Notes: generated by a model not told the origin, from the sequence alone. DNA of 64,000 nt from Felis catus (GCF_018350175.1 NC_058373.1:118174001-118238000), one strand, 5' to 3'; counted from the first letter of the stretch, positions 12,677 through 27,600 are shown. Translations and numbers: made by a program.

Positions 12677-15600
12677 TTATGGTGGTTTTCTAAGTGAAGA
12701 AGAAACTAGTCAATTGACTAGAGTCATTAAACCACCAACTCTTTGTGCTGGACAAGATCGTGATAAGTTTCACGGAGATGTTTGTTTATGTGGAATACAA
12801 ATTTTGTTGGAGTGCCTGGGTGGCTTGGTCCGTTAAGCGTCCAACTCTTGATTTTGGCTCAGGTCATGATCTCAAGGTTTGTGGGTCCAAGTCTGGAGTC
12901 AGGCTGTGGGAGCCTGCTTGGAATTCTCTCTCTCCCTCTCTCTCTGCTCCTTCCCCAGCTTGTGTATGTGCACACTCTCCCCAAATAAATAAATAAACTT
13001 TAAAAAAAAAACACAAATTTTTACGTTTATCTCTGACAGTGAAGAAAGAAATATCAGTAACTAAGTAAGCTTACTGTAAGAGTTTGAGGTTTAGTTGTTA
13101 CCTTGAGATGGAGTGAGAGACAGAAATGTATGTTTCTGTTGGTGCTTCCTTAAATGGGACTTTTAATAAACTTATTTTTGGGATTCTAAACCTTTGCTCT
13201 TATGATACTTTTTGAAGTGCTGATGGATAGGTTTTCTGATTAGATGGACTTTTGTTCAGCATATGTAAGCTTTGAGATTATTTGTATTCTTCTGGGGTTT
13301 TTTAGTATCATTGTGTATAATGGAAATTTTAGTTGCCCATCAGAGAAGGATTTCTTTTTCCTTTTATTTGATTGAGCACGTGTCTTGAGAAAAAGGAAAT
13401 GGATGGCAGTGAATTCAAGTGTTGTGCTCTGTCAGTCTCAGAAAATCTTTAGCAGGTGGCCAGAGAGAGAAAACAGCAAAATCTACTTCCGTCCCCTTGC
13501 AGTTCGGGTCACAAGATCTTCACTTCCCAACAGCTACCTTTTGGGGTTTTTTTTGTTTGTTTTTTTGTTTTGTTTTGTTTTTTGGTTCTCAGGGCAAGAA
13601 TGCTAAGGATGTTATAAAATCAAGTAGTGTCCTTTGCCACACTGCCTGGACAGTTGGGTCATTGGCCTTCTTCATGCAGTACTCAATTGTTTTCAGCTGT
13701 TACTGGACCAGAATCAAATCAGGCTTTGCCTGTGCCTTTCTTTGTACCAACAATGTTTGTTTGTTCACCAGGCCAGGCTGGTGCTTGCCTGTGCTTCCTG
13801 CTGAGCTCCATGTAAAGAGCAGCCCTTCCAAGAAGGGTCACCCTGTAGCTTTGTGATCTTCTAAGCATCAGTGGAAGCATGAGCTTTCTCTAAGTGAACT
13901 GGAAAAGACCTGGGCTGGGCATCAGAATACTTGGGTTCCGGAACCGGTGTTACTTGCCCCATAATCATGCACTGGCAAATTCTTTCACCTTTCCTGACCC
14001 TTAATTTTTCACATGTAAATACAGGATGTGCCTTTGAAAGTGATATTGGGATATGCCAAAGTGACTACCACATTATTGATGCTTCTTACAAGACTTGTCT
14101 GAGAAATCTCCAGTGTGATAATCAGTTTGTGTGGTTTCTTGTAATACCTGAACAGATCCTATAAACCTAAAGATACTGGTAGAAACTACTAAAATTAAAA
14201 TGACCAGATACAAATACTAGGAGTATATATTGGGAAAACTTTTGACACTTCAATTTTTTTAATAATTTTTTTTTAACGTTTATTTATTTTTGAGACAGAG
14301 AGAGAGCATGAACAGGGGAGGGGCAGAGAGAGAGGGAGACACAGAATCCGAAACAGGCTCCAGGCTCTGACCTGTCAGCACAGAGCCCGACGCGGGGCTC
14401 GAACTCACGGACCGTGAGATCATGACCCGAGCCGAAGTTGGACGCTTAACTGACCAAGCCACCCAGGCGCCCCGACACTTCAATTTTTAATTTAGAGTTA
14501 GATCAGTCATTGAAGTTTAAGATCTCATTTACTAGGTTTTTTTTTAAAGATCTCATTTACTTCTAAGCAGCAGTTCTAGTAGTAATAAAAATCAGCTCAC
14601 TATAACTTTTTTTGTTTCATAATGTAACTCAATGCTTATTGTAAACTCCCAAAGGGCAGGGATGGAGTTTGTTGCACAGAGGCAGCATAATGTGTAGTAT
14701 GTGAGCCGTTGCTTTGCTCCTTTGCTTACTGGATGTGACCTTGTGCAAGTTAGTAGACTTCTGTGTGCCACATGGCTTTCATATGTAAAGTGGATGAAGT
14801 GAATGCAATTAAGTAAATCCCCTCAGTGTCTGTCTTTGAGTTTTGGTGTAAATAGATAGCCAGTAGGGGTGCCTCGGTGGCTCTGTTAAGCATCTGACTC
14901 TTGATTTCAGCTCAGCTCGTGATCTCACAGTTAGTGAGTTTGAGCCCAGCTGGGCTCTGTGCTGACAGCGAGAGCTTGCTCTCTCTGCCTTTTTCCCCGC
15001 TCGCGGCTCTCTCTCTCAAAATAAAAAAATGAACGTTAAAAAAAAAAAAGCCAGTAAACTACTATTTAGTAAATAGACAATCACTTTTCTTTTCCTATTT
15101 TATCTGGTAATATACTTACTTTTTATTTATTTTTGCCAGCATGGCCCCTTCTTGTATTTTGCTGTTTCATTTGGCTAACACTCTTATTTATTTGTTATTT
15201 TGTTTCTGAGGGATTATATGAGAATATTAATGACAGATTTCTGAAGGTTTTTCTGTAATAGAGCTATACTTCAAATGATCTGGTATAGCAGGCAATCAGT
15301 GGAAGTGACCAACTTGTAGCTTTTTCTGTTTGCCATCCTCTGGCATTTCTGGGTTAGCTGAGGTGATAGGTACTATACTGGATGTTTTTGTGGGAAAGAA
15401 GGGAATAATATGTGCTCTGTTTGCTGATCATTAATGCTACATTAATGTTAAAATTTCAATGATAGTCAACTTTAAAATATCTTAGAAGCATAGATCAGAA
15501 TATTTACTTTGAATGTTTATTGGACTTACAAAAAATATATCTGTTCTATTGGCATGCAGCTCTCTTTTAGGTAAGCTAACATACATGTTGCCAAGTCTTA

Positions 15601-17025
15601 ATTTTATTCGTTTTAAGAGACAGGACCAATGGTATGAATAACCATAAATGTAGGTTTACTTCCACAAAAATCTCTGAATTGTTAAATTGAAGCATATAGA
15701 AATGTGCACACCTCATAGGTACAGAGCTGAGTGCGTTTTCACAGACTGAAATCCCTGTGTAACTAGCACCCAGATCAAGAAACAAAACATTACCAATACT
15801 CGCAAAAACTTCCCAAATATCCACTTTGAGTAAATAACCACATAAAGGTGACTGTTGTCTCTATTTATATGTTTAACTTTATTTTTAAAACAAATTTACA
15901 TTAGTTATTTCTTATTTAGTTAATATTCATTTGCAATCCCCTGATTTCACATCAGCTACCCATGGGCTGAAGCTGGAAGGGAGGACAAAGGTTGGCATGG
16001 TATTTAAAAGTATGTAGGATAGGGGGGAAGCATGCCTTGATTAAAAATTTGCCATGATTTAAATGATCTAGGTATAGGTAATTAAGGGTTAATTTGAACT
16101 CAGTACTAGAGGAGAAAATTACTTTCTGTGTGTGTGTTTTTAATCTGCCTTCGGTGTTTTTGATGAAAAATCACTAGAATGTAAAAAGTAGAGTATTTAC
16201 AAGGTAGAGGATACCCAAGTTGAAAGTGAAAATGAAACCGGACATTGACAAAATACTTTCGTGTGAGTGTGTAAGTGGTAATGTCTTACTGTGTGTAAAT
16301 GAGAATACTGCTTAGGTATACAAACAGATTTTTTTTCCTTCTGTATTTCTGAAGACTTTCTATGAAAAGGGAAGTTGAAATAAAAATATTGGCTGATGGA
16401 AATTAAGGCAGACAGGCAAATGGGAATGTGTCCCCGCCCCCCCTCCCCCCCCAGGGTGAACTCTGGGAGACCGAATGGAATGTGTAAATAAGGCTGGGCC
16501 AGGATGCAAAGGAGAGATCTAAGGCTGGGAGTTAGGAGTCTGTGATTTTTGTCCTGGTCTGCCCAGTTGTGTGATGTTAAGCAAGTCGCTGAACTTAGGT
16601 CCTCTTCTGCTTTTGTAAAATGGGTATGTTACCTGCTTCCCCTGGCTTGGGGGCATTGTGGTAAGGATAAATGAGACGACAAAGAGAATTTTGCAAAATT
16701 AAAAGCCCTAGACAATTTTACGGAGATAGAAAGGTTAATTTGGATTAGTCATCATAGGAAAAGGAATGTTGAAGAGAACATTCTTTAATATCATTTAGGT
16801 CCCTTTGCTCTAAATCTGAAATCATCAGATATATTTGTGATTGAAAATACTTGGTTTCTCAAGTAGATTTACTCATTACCAAACTGACAAAAGTTTGTCA
16901 CTTGAAGTTGATGGCAGATTAATACATTTCTGGTTTACAAATTGGTATTATAAGTGTTTGATTCATGTGAATAGATTTACAAGGGTTTGATCAACTCTGG
17001 GTGACCTGGTAAAATCCTATTTCAG

Positions 17026-17107
17026 ACCTGATCCGGGAGCCTGCAAATGACAGCAGCCTGAGAGGTCCTTAGAAAGCTTGGCTTGGAGGAGAACACATGA
17101 AAGAAAG
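17026..17107 (+). other. PSEN1: PSEN1 exon 2 (5' UTR, 82 nt)
   Basis: Acceptor tttcag|ACCTG and donor AAG|gtttgt. Sequence ...GGAGGAGAACACATGAAAGAAAG matches the recalled human 5' UTR. Followed by a 92-nt intron (17108-17199). Confidence 0.85.
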
Positions 17108-17165
17108 GTTTGTTTTGGCTGAATGTAATTTATGGAAGTGTTTGAAAATAAAAGTATAATTGTAA

Positions 17166-17465
<300 letters not shown>

Positions 17466-19399
17466 TGAACTTCAACTGAGGGCAAAGCATTGTACCATTT
17501 AGTGCTGGGGACACAAGGCTGTGTGAGATGTAGGTGTTAATATAGTTTCTCCCTGCCTCAGATATCACCTCCTCTATTAAAGCCTCTCCAACTTCCCCAG
17601 CTGTTTGTTATTTTACATTAACTTACTCTTGCTCTTCCATGGGCCGAGTACATTTTATTTACTTTTATTTTTTCAGTACCCGGCATGGTTCCTGACAGTG
17701 CCCAGTAAATGCTCATTGGGAGAATGCACAGTGATGAATGCAAGACTGAGTGTAGAAATCCTAAGAGAGTTCAAAGGAGGGGCACCTGGGTGGCTTAGTC
17801 GGTTAAGCATCCTTCTTTGGCTCAGGTCATGATCTCACAGTTCATGGGTTTGAGCCCCAAGTTGGGCTCTGCGGTGACAGCTTGGAGCCTGGAACCTACT
17901 TCAGATTCTGTATCTCCCTCTCTCTGCCCCTCCTTGCTCATGCTTGCTCGCTCTCTCAAAAATAAACATAAACATTAAAAAAAAGAGTTCAAAGGAGAGA
18001 ATCAAGAAAGGGGTGTAATTAGCGTTATGAGACACAGATGCCCAACCTGCCTGCAACTCTGTTAGCTAATCATTACAGATGGAATGTAGATCCCACAGAT
18101 GGACTGTGAGATAGCTGGGAAATTGGTAGGATTTTTAGAGATGGAGCCAGAATGGGGGAACATAGAAGGCCAACTATAAGCTATGCAGGCTGTGAGGGGT
18201 CAGGTCGGGTGGGGTGGGATCAGACTTTCCCCTGTTAGAACCAGAGAGCAGAACCAGTGGTGGAAGGAAACAGGTTCTGGGTCAATAAAAAAGAATTATC
18301 TCATAATTTGTTGTACATCTGAAAGGGTGCGGACTGCCTTGTGGCTTATTGTGTTTGTCACTAAAAGCAGTTCCAGAGAAGGCTGGAAAACTACCAACCA
18401 CATCTGCAGAGAGTTAGTCTGTGGAATGAGCAATGAGCTAGAGCACTAACTAGATGGCCTGGAAGTGCCCTTCACACTAAGATTTAGGATTCCAATTAAG
18501 GGTCAAAATGTGAGGAGGAAGGCTTCACAAAATATTCTTTGATGAATGGGTAGGATTAGAGTAGAGCAAACTTCTATCATCACTGATAGAAGAAATAACA
18601 CTAGTGGAGGAAGAATTTTCCTAAAATATAAATAGACAGGGAAGCTGTATCCAGAGATATGTCATCAGAGGCAGGTCACACTGTACTGCCAGAACATTTT
18701 TAATCAAGTGAGATCAAGTTAAAATAATTATCAGGGGAAGCCCTAAAAGGGAACACAAGCTGTAAAGGGTAGTATGTAGTCTGAGGGGTGTGTGAAGGAA
18801 GGGAGAGGAGAAGAGTTTTTACCTCAGTTCTTGGTTGATAATGGGTGTTACAAAGACTGGTTTTTGTGGAAACATGTTTGTAACAGCAGCTCGATATGCT
18901 CCTTTTTGCTATTTCCCTGGAATGGATTTAAACCAAAAAAAAATTTTTTTAATGTTTATTTATTTTTGAGAGAGACAGAGCATGAGCCAGAGAGGGACAG
19001 AGAGAAGGGGAGACAGAATCTGGAACAGGTGCCAGGCTCTGAGCTGTCAGCACGGAGCCTGACGTGGGGCTCGAACTCACCAACTGCGAGATCATGACCT
19101 GAGCCGAAGTCGGAAGCTTAACTGACTGAGCCACCCAGGCGCCCCTCCCCAGAATAGATTTTTGAAAAGTTAGCATGAGACCAGATTATGAAGTTCCTTG
19201 GTAGTTTCAATTCCACAGACTTTGTAAAACTGTTACTTCAGAGTAGGGAGAGGGAACATGGGGACAGTCCCAACTTAGTTTCTTAACTAAGAAACTTCCC
19301 TTCTTTAACTAGAGCAGCTCCTATTGTATCTTTTTACATATTGATCTTCTGTGGATCCATTTGAACAAAAGATTCCACCACTAACAAATTTTGGGGAAA

Positions 19400-19427
19400 A
19401 ACAACAACAACAACAACAACAACAACA
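19400..19427. repeat. (AAC)n microsatellite
   Basis: Read directly. Confidence 0.9.
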
Positions 19428-21467
19428 CAGTTATATGTCACCTATTTGTTCCAAACCTTCCAAAGCTATCTCATCTCAGAAAAAATCAGGTCTGAGGTCT
19501 TGATCGGATTCTTCTCCTTTGCCCCCATCTCTGTCTTATGTCTTATTAACCTCTCCCTTACTCACTGCTTCCTCATTTCTGTCTCTGGGTCCTGGATTAT
19601 TCTCCCATTCTTCTCAGATGGCTTTCTTCACTTGCTTTATTTAGGTCACCTCATGAGTCACCCTATCAGTGAGGCCTTTCCTTCCTCTACTCCCCTTCCC
19701 CACCCTACTACCCCTTATACCCTTCCATGCTTTACTTGTGCATAGCACATATCAGCATTTCTACCATACTGTCTACTAACTTGTTAATGTGTTTATCTGC
19801 CTCCCTTTACTGTGTAACCCTGTATCCCCAGCTGTGGGAATGGTGCTTGGCACATAGTTAGCTCTCCATTGTTAATGCAGTATTACTTACGTCCCTCACA
19901 CTCAGGTTTTGTGGGGCTTTCATGGTCTATATATATATTTTTTTGTCTGCCTTGTTTTATACCTTAGTAATTGATAAATTGAAATAAAGGGTGCTGTAGA
20001 GGAGTTACAGTTGACATGGGATTTTTATTGATAATTACATGTACTCGTGTAATTTTAGCAAGTCTTAGTGCTAATGTTGTCAATGGTACCTTCCAGATCT
20101 TTTAGGGGACCACTGCCTAGAAAACCAGGCCTGATTTATTTAATTTTAACCCTGCCATTGATTATGGGATATCAAATAAGTTTATCTTTTGTTTACCTTC
20201 TTAAAAATGTCTTCTGCAGCTTACAAATATCTTCTGTATACATTCTCATACTTTCCAGTTACCATGGGATAGGTATTATTCCCATTTTGCAGTTTAAATG
20301 CTTGTCCAAGATCACATAGAAAATTATAGGACAAACCTGGTACATAAAACTGTGCTTTCTAATGTCAAGCTTCCTCCAGTGTTCTTTCTGTTCTTACAAC
20401 TATCTCTTACCCCAGGAAAATGTTACAAATACTAAAAGGAGATATTGTATGAAAAAATTCTGGGGAAGGAAAATACGAAGTCTTGTGTATTCATTTTGCA
20501 CCAGTGTACTTGAAACAAAACAAAACCAAAAAGGAAAAGAATCTCATTGTTAAGTTTTTTGTTTTTTTTTTTTTTGCTATAAAGAAGCCATTGTGTACAT
20601 GCTTTGGTTGGTTATGAAAAAATGGGGGTAAGTCCAAATTTAAATTGAATGTAGATGACTGTTTTTTGTGGATTAATTGAAAGCAGCTCTTTTATTTCCC
20701 CTCTTGGAGAGTGGATTTGTTAGATACAAGCACATGAAGACGAGCCTCTGCAGGCATCAAAAGTCCTTATCAGGCTTCTTTCTTTATTTGCTCAGTGGCT
20801 AGTTTAGAAGAATCACAAGGAAATTGAGAGATGTGGAAAGTTTCAGTCTTTCCATGCTGCTCAGGAAAGGAAACTAACATATTGAATGTCTTCAGTGAGT
20901 TAGACCCTGTGCTAGATACTGTCACAAACATTATTTAGTTTTAGGGCCATATATTTAGGGCCTCTGAATTAAAGTGCTATTAAAATGTTCTGTTAAGGTG
21001 CTTATCTATGACAATATATCCCCTAGAGTGTGCATATAGGTTATTTTAAATATTATAAAAATAAATGAACATTCATTTAAACATATTTTTGAAACTAGAA
21101 GGAAAGTAACTTTCTTACAGAATTTATTCAGATATCAGTGTAAAAAATGGACTTCTATTTCTTTACTCTGTCTCTTCCTCCAACGTCAGGAGCATCTGTA
21201 GTCTTGAACTTATGGGGCAATCCTTTGGGTTTGGGGGACCTATGAGGATTCAGGAACAGTGATGAATTGGCAATTAGCGGTTGTGGCTGAGTGACCTATA
21301 AATAGGCCCTTTAAAGGAAAGAACTCTCATCCAGGTGTAATTTGAAACAGCTGTTTGTAAGTTGGTTTAATTCACTTAATTTCTTAGTACCTCATTTTTC
21401 CCATCTGTATAATTAAGATGGTTTATTAGATAAATTCTCTCTCCTAAGTTTTGTTGTGACCAGGATT

Positions 21468-21580
21468 TAGGGTGGCCAACTGTCCTGGTATGCCCAAGAC
21501 CGAGAGGTCCCTGGAACACAGGGCTTTCAGTTTTAAAACTGGGACAGTCCTGAGAAAATAAGATCAAGGTGATTACCCTA
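21468..21580. mobile_element. MER81-like hAT (Blackjack) miniature element
   Basis: Terminal inverted repeats TAGGGTGGCC...GATTACCCTA with internal AAAACTGGGACAGTCC; about 113 bp. Confidence 0.75.
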
Positions 21581-24578
21581 TGAGAAGTATAATGAAATTA
21601 AAATCATTTGGATCTGATTAACCCAGTCTTACTCAGTTAGATGACTTTGTTGTGTAACTTCAAGTATAATTGCAATGGTATATCGTTAGTGTTCAAGTAG
21701 AAGATAACATTTAAAACATTTCTGTCTTTCCAGAAACAAAATGTTGCCCATGACTTCATTCCTCCATCCTTAGCAGATAGATGATGGGCTGCCTTAGCCC
21801 AGAAAAGAGGTTTTCCTTTTGTCAGCTATGGGTAATCTCATTCACAGTGAAGGGAGTTAGAGTTTGATGAGATTAGTCAAGAGAGCTGAAAAATTGTGGT
21901 CTTGTTTTAATCCAGATGTTTATTTCTGAAATTTTTAATATGAAATATTTTAAGCGTATGCAGGAAGTATGACAAATAATGTAATAAGTACCCATTTACC
22001 TACCACCCAACTTTATTAAACTTTAATGTCTTGTCATGTTTGCTTTGTATACTTTGTTAATTTTGAAGAGTATTTTCATTAAGGTTTTTCTGTTTCTGTT
22101 ATATATTGATTGTATGTGAAATGAAATCCTCACCAAACTAAACAAAATTTGCAATTAATTTGGACAGATGGTCTAATTATATAACAGAAAGAAATTAAAG
22201 ATAAAATTGGAGCCTCTCTCCCATATTCCCCTTCTTACTTTCCTGGCCTTTAGTTGCTATCCTGAATTTAGTGTTTGTCATGCTTACTATATTTATGAAC
22301 ATAAGCGATATTTAATGTATCACCACTTTGCAGGTTTTAAAACTGTGTATGAAATATATGTGTGTTTGTGAAAGTTGTAGAAGAAAATTCCCACATTTTT
22401 GAAATGCATAAGTACATGTTGCAGAAGAGACCTGTTTTTGGAATTTATGTATATATAGATGCGTAAAGCTCTAGTTCATTCGTTTTTTATTTATTTTGTG
22501 AACATATAAAAGTGATCTAGTTTTTGTTTATAAATATTTAATAGTTTCCAGTTTTTCACAGTAACCAGCAGTGTTGCAATGATACTCTTAGTCATTAATC
22601 CTTCTGCACATGTAAGAGCTTCTCAATGATAATCACTATGATTGGGTATATGGATCTTACATTGTATTAGAGTTTGCCAGTATGTTTTCTGAAGTGGTTA
22701 TATATCAAGAGCATACAGCAGTTTTCCTTCTTTTATATCCTGGCCAGTTTTTGGTATTGTCTGACTTCGTGTGTATCAGTTGGATGGGTTTGAAATGACT
22801 CCTCAGGTTACTTTAATTGTATTTTCCTAGTTTCTAATAAGGTGGAACTTTTTTCCTTATGCTTATTGGCCATTTGCATTTCCTCTTCTGCGAATTGCCT
22901 GTTTATGTTCTTTGCCCATTTTTCTACTAGTTGTCTTTAAAAAAAAAAATTTTTTTTTAATGTTTATTTTTGAAGGAGAGAGAGAGAGACAGAGTATGAG
23001 TGTGGGAGGGGCAGAGTGAAAGGGAGACACAGAGTCTGAAGCAGGCTCCAGCTCTTGAGCTGTCAGCACAGAGCCCAACGTGGGGCTCGAACTCACGAGC
23101 CATGAGATCATGACCTGAGCCAAAGTTGTACGCTTAACTGACTGAGCCACCCAGACGACCCTAGAAAATTATTTTTAAAAGAAGTTTTTGAATGTGAAGA
23201 AAAGTTGCAAAAGGACAGTGTGCTATTTGAGGAATATCTATGGAAAGGGGAGAAGCATTCAAGGTTCTCTGTGATGAGTGAGTAAGAGTAGTAGGAGAGT
23301 TAGAGCAACTGATGTAAAAGAAACTAAAACAGCATGCTAGCATTGGGTCTTTGAAAGCGCCTGTATTGATCGCCATATATTACATTATGCCCTCGAGGTA
23401 TGTTTGTCAGTCTCCAGTTTAAAAGACTGAAATGTTTACAATGCATTTTAGAAAATTTTCCTTAAAAAATAGTAAGTTTTGGGGTGCCTGGGTGGCTCAG
23501 TCTGTTGAGCGTCTGACTCTTGATTTCGGCTCAGGTCGTGATCCCAGGGTCTCCTGGTTCGCATGCTCAAGCCCTGCACTGGCGCTGTCAGCCGTACTGT
23601 AAACACGGAGCCTGCTTGGGATTCTCTCTCTCCCTTTCTCTCTGCCCTTCTCTCTCTCTCTTTTCTCCCTCTCTCTCTCAATAAGTAAATAAACATTAAA
23701 AAAAGGTAGTTTGGTATGTCACAGGAGCTAAGTGGAGAATTCATTTTATTCTTTTTCCCTCAAAAAAGTTTGCCTTGCTTACTTAGAGGTGGCATTCTAT
23801 CAAAAGTTTTTACTTTTTTTCCATTAGTTTACTCACCATCTCTAGAAGCTAGCTAATGAGTCAACTATTTCTGACAGAGGCCAAAGCTTACAAGTTGTGA
23901 AATAGTTGAAGTTCTTGGTTTCCTAAATGTATTGTATAGTTTGGATATTAAAGGAGCTCTAACAAGAACATTATTTGGGCCTTTTTCTGTAGTTTGTGAT
24001 CTGTCATAATCCTTAGGTTTACTTTTACTGTACCTGTTAAAATAGTTTGTAATGTTTTATTTTTCTGGTGCAAAATTTTGATGAGTAGAGCTCTTTTTCC
24101 TTGACTTGTCATCGTTTTTTGCCAGAAGCCTCCATTTCATCTGATGTGACAGGAATATACTGGAACTAGAGGAAATTGAAAGTATAAACTTCAGAATAGT
24201 GAAAATTCATGTTTTGAGTTGGTGTAGATTTACATCTTTTATGTGGATTAGCTGAGACCTTAGTTTTCTAAAACATAGAAGAATTTTTTAGAGTAAGTTT
24301 AGGATTTTTTTATATTGTTGATTAGCCTTTTTAAAACATATATTAGAGGGGCGCCTGGGTAGCTCAGTCGGTTGAGCATCCGACTTCAGCTCAGGTCATG
24401 ATCTCACACTCCATGAGTTTGAGCCTCCGCATCTGGCTCTGTGCTGACAGCTCAGAGCCTGGAGCCTGCTTCGGATTCTGTGTCTTCCTTTCTCTCTGCC
24501 CCTCCCCTGCTCATGCTCTCTCTGTGTCTCAAAAATAAAATTAAAAAATATTAAAAAAAATTAAAATGTATATTGGAG

Positions 24579-24755
24579 CAGGGAGTTTCAAACCTTCTTG
24601 TGCATTGGAATCCTCTGGAAGAACTGTTAATAAAAATTATTTGACTCCCAACCCCAAAGTTACTGATCCTGTAAGTCTGAGATAGGGTCACAGAGTTTGC
24701 ATTTCTGATCCATTCTCAGAATTTGCCAGTGCTTTCAGTCTGGGGTTTGAGAACG
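24579..24755. mobile_element. MER5A-like fossil
   Basis: CAGGGAGTTTCAAACCTT...GCATTGGAATC...TTTGCATTTCT...TTTGAGAAC. Confidence 0.55.
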
Positions 24756-25192
24756 AATTATTTAGGTAAAGAAATGAAGGGAAAGTGACATCAGAGAAAA
24801 ATGATAAGATTCATAAATGGGATTTTGGAATTTTTATTCATGTTCCTTTATTCTGACCTAAATTTTCTAGACCTTAAAGAAATAAATTGTCAACAGCCTT
24901 TCTGATTTACACTAGAAAATGTCAGTCCTTTGTAAATGAAATAGAAATAAATAAAATAGAAACCTTAAAGTAGTAATCCATTGAAAGATCAATAATGATT
25001 CTCTATATAAAGCAATTGCTGAAGCGTACTTATGTGAGTCCAATACCTTCAGTTGCTAAATTTATAAAATTACAGCATGTTTAGTCTTTAAAAATAAAGG
25101 TTTTCTGCATTATCTTTTTTTAATTCAAAACATTAAATGCAAAGAACTTTAAGTTGTTAGCAAATCATAGACTGATAGAACTAACCTCATAT

Positions 25193-25248
25193 CTCTTCTC
25201 TTCTCTTCTCTTCTCTTCTCTTCTCTTCTCTTCTCTTCTCTTCTCTTC
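25193..25248. repeat. (CTCTT)n microsatellite at a SINE tail
   Basis: Read directly. Confidence 0.9.
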
Positions 25249-27600
25249 ATGTTTATTTTTGAGAGGGATAGGAGAGAGAGGGAGACAGGATCCAAGCAGG
25301 CTCTGTGCTGTCAGTGCAGAGCCCAGTGCAGGGCTCGAACTCTCGAACTGTGAGATTGTGACCTATGCCAAAGTTCGACGCTTAACCAACTGAGCCACCC
25401 AGGCGCCCCAGCAATATAAAATTATAAACTTAAGTGTGGCAATAACTGCCATGAATAAAGTAAAAAAATAAACTGGGCAAAAACAAAACAAATAGAAACA
25501 AACAAAAAAAAGAAAAAATAAACTGGACAAATTATTATTATGCTGATAATGCATAATGACAGATATACCTTAATGTACAAAGAATTCTTATGAAGTCAAA
25601 AGAAATATGAACAATTCAGTAACAGCATGGCCAAAGGATTTGAACAATACTAATATAAGAAGAAATATTAATGTCTGTAAATACACGAAAAGACTAGTTG
25701 ATCAACCTTAATAATAAGAAGAAACACAGAAGTGAAAACTTTTCATTTTTCACCTATCAGTGAGCAAGGATTGAAACCCACTATGGGGTGCCTTGCTGGC
25801 TCAGTGAGTAAAGCATGCAACCCTGGGTTGTAAGTTCAAGCCCCATTTTGGGGGTAGAGATAACGTAAAAAAAAAATAAAAGAAACTCCTTGCTACTAAA
25901 GATATGGGGAGATAGGCATTCTCATGTGTGGCTCATGGGAGTTTAATTTGTGTTTATTTGGTTAATTTTTTTTTGATGTTTATTTTTGAGAGAGAGAGAC
26001 CACATGCAAGCAGGTGAGGGGCAGAGAGACAGGGAGGCACAGAATCTAAAGCAGGCTCCAGGCTCTGAGCTGTCAGCACAGAGCCTGACATGGGGCTTGA
26101 ACTCATGAACTGCAAGGTCATGACCTGAGTCGAACTTGGATGCTTACCAGATTAAGCCACCCAGGCGCCCTAGTTTCTGTTTATTTGGAAGCAAGTTGTC
26201 AATTGAGTCTGCAAATACATAGGCCTTTTGGAGATAATTTGGCAGTTAAGTCTAAAAATGTACACACATTTTGACCTAGGATTTCCACTTTTGGAAATTT
26301 ATGTTATACAAATATTACCATAAGAGTGCCAAGAAATGTAGACAAGCATATTCGTTGAAGCATTATGTGTAACAGTGAGAATTTTGAGATAATTTCAATC
26401 GTGTGTTACTTATGGCTTATCCAATCAGTAGTATAAGGTAATGGTTAATAGTAGGATTTTTTTTTTTGGGGGGGGCTTATCCAATCAATAGTGTAAGGTG
26501 ATGGTTAATAGTAGGCTTTTTTTTTTTTTTAAGTTTATTTATTTATTTTTGAGAGAGAGAGAGCACGTGAGTGAGCACACAAGCCAGGAAGGGGCAGGGA
26601 GAGAGGGAGACACAGAATCCAAAACAGGTTCCAGGGTCTGAGCTGTCAGCACAGAGTCCGACATGGGGCTTGAACCCAGGTACCCTGAGATCATGATCTG
26701 AGCTGAAGTTGGATGCTCAGCCGACTGAGCACCCAGGCACCCCCTAAGTATAATCTTTTAATTACAATAGTAAAACTTAAAGAAAAAAAAAAAGCAGGGG
26801 TGCCTTAGTTGGTTGAGTGTCCAAGACTCTTGATTTTGGCTCAGGTCATGATCCCAGGGCCATGGGATTGAGCCCTGTGTTGGGCTCTGTGCTGAGCCTG
26901 GATCCTGCTTGGGATTTCCTCTCTCCTTTGGCCCCTCTCCCCTGCTGGCTTGCGCAAATGCTCTCGCTCTTAAAAAAAAAAAAAAAAGGCAGACAGAAAA
27001 CAAGGTTCAAAACAAAACAAGCACTACACTGAATTAAAAATACCTCCACAGTTTTTGCTGCTTGAAAAGTATTCTCCCTGTTTGAGGATTCACATGCCTT
27101 GGGTGGCTGGACTTGTACTTGCATCCTGTTCTGAAGTAAGGAGAAGGGAGAAGGAATTAAAACAAAGCCTCTGAGTTTATCGTGTAGGAGATGTGGGGAA
27201 TCTGGCTTCATAGGAACTCACTTCCCACATACTTACCATTTCCCAAAGGACCCCACCCTCCCTGACACTTACAACATTTATATAGTGAGTAATCCTTCCC
27301 TCTGCCACTGAAATGAAAGCATTTATAATGGCTATAGCACTTGTTTTTCTGAACCTTAAAAATAGCTTTAAAAATTTTTTTTTAGCACTTATTTATTTTG
27401 GAGAAACAGAGCACAAGCAAGGGAGGGGCAGCGAGAGAGGGAGACACAGAATCTGAAGCAGGCTCTATGTAGGCTCTGAGCTGTCAGTCAGGACAGAGCC
27501 CGATGGAGGGCTCAAACCCATGAACCATGAGATCATGACTTTACCTGAAGTTGGACGCCTAACTGACTGAGCCACCCATGCCCCCCCGAAAATAGCTTTT

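Noticed and set aside
12706..12721. 16-bp perfect palindrome CTAGTCAATTGACTAG
   Set aside because: Roughly one such palindrome is expected by chance in 64 kb.
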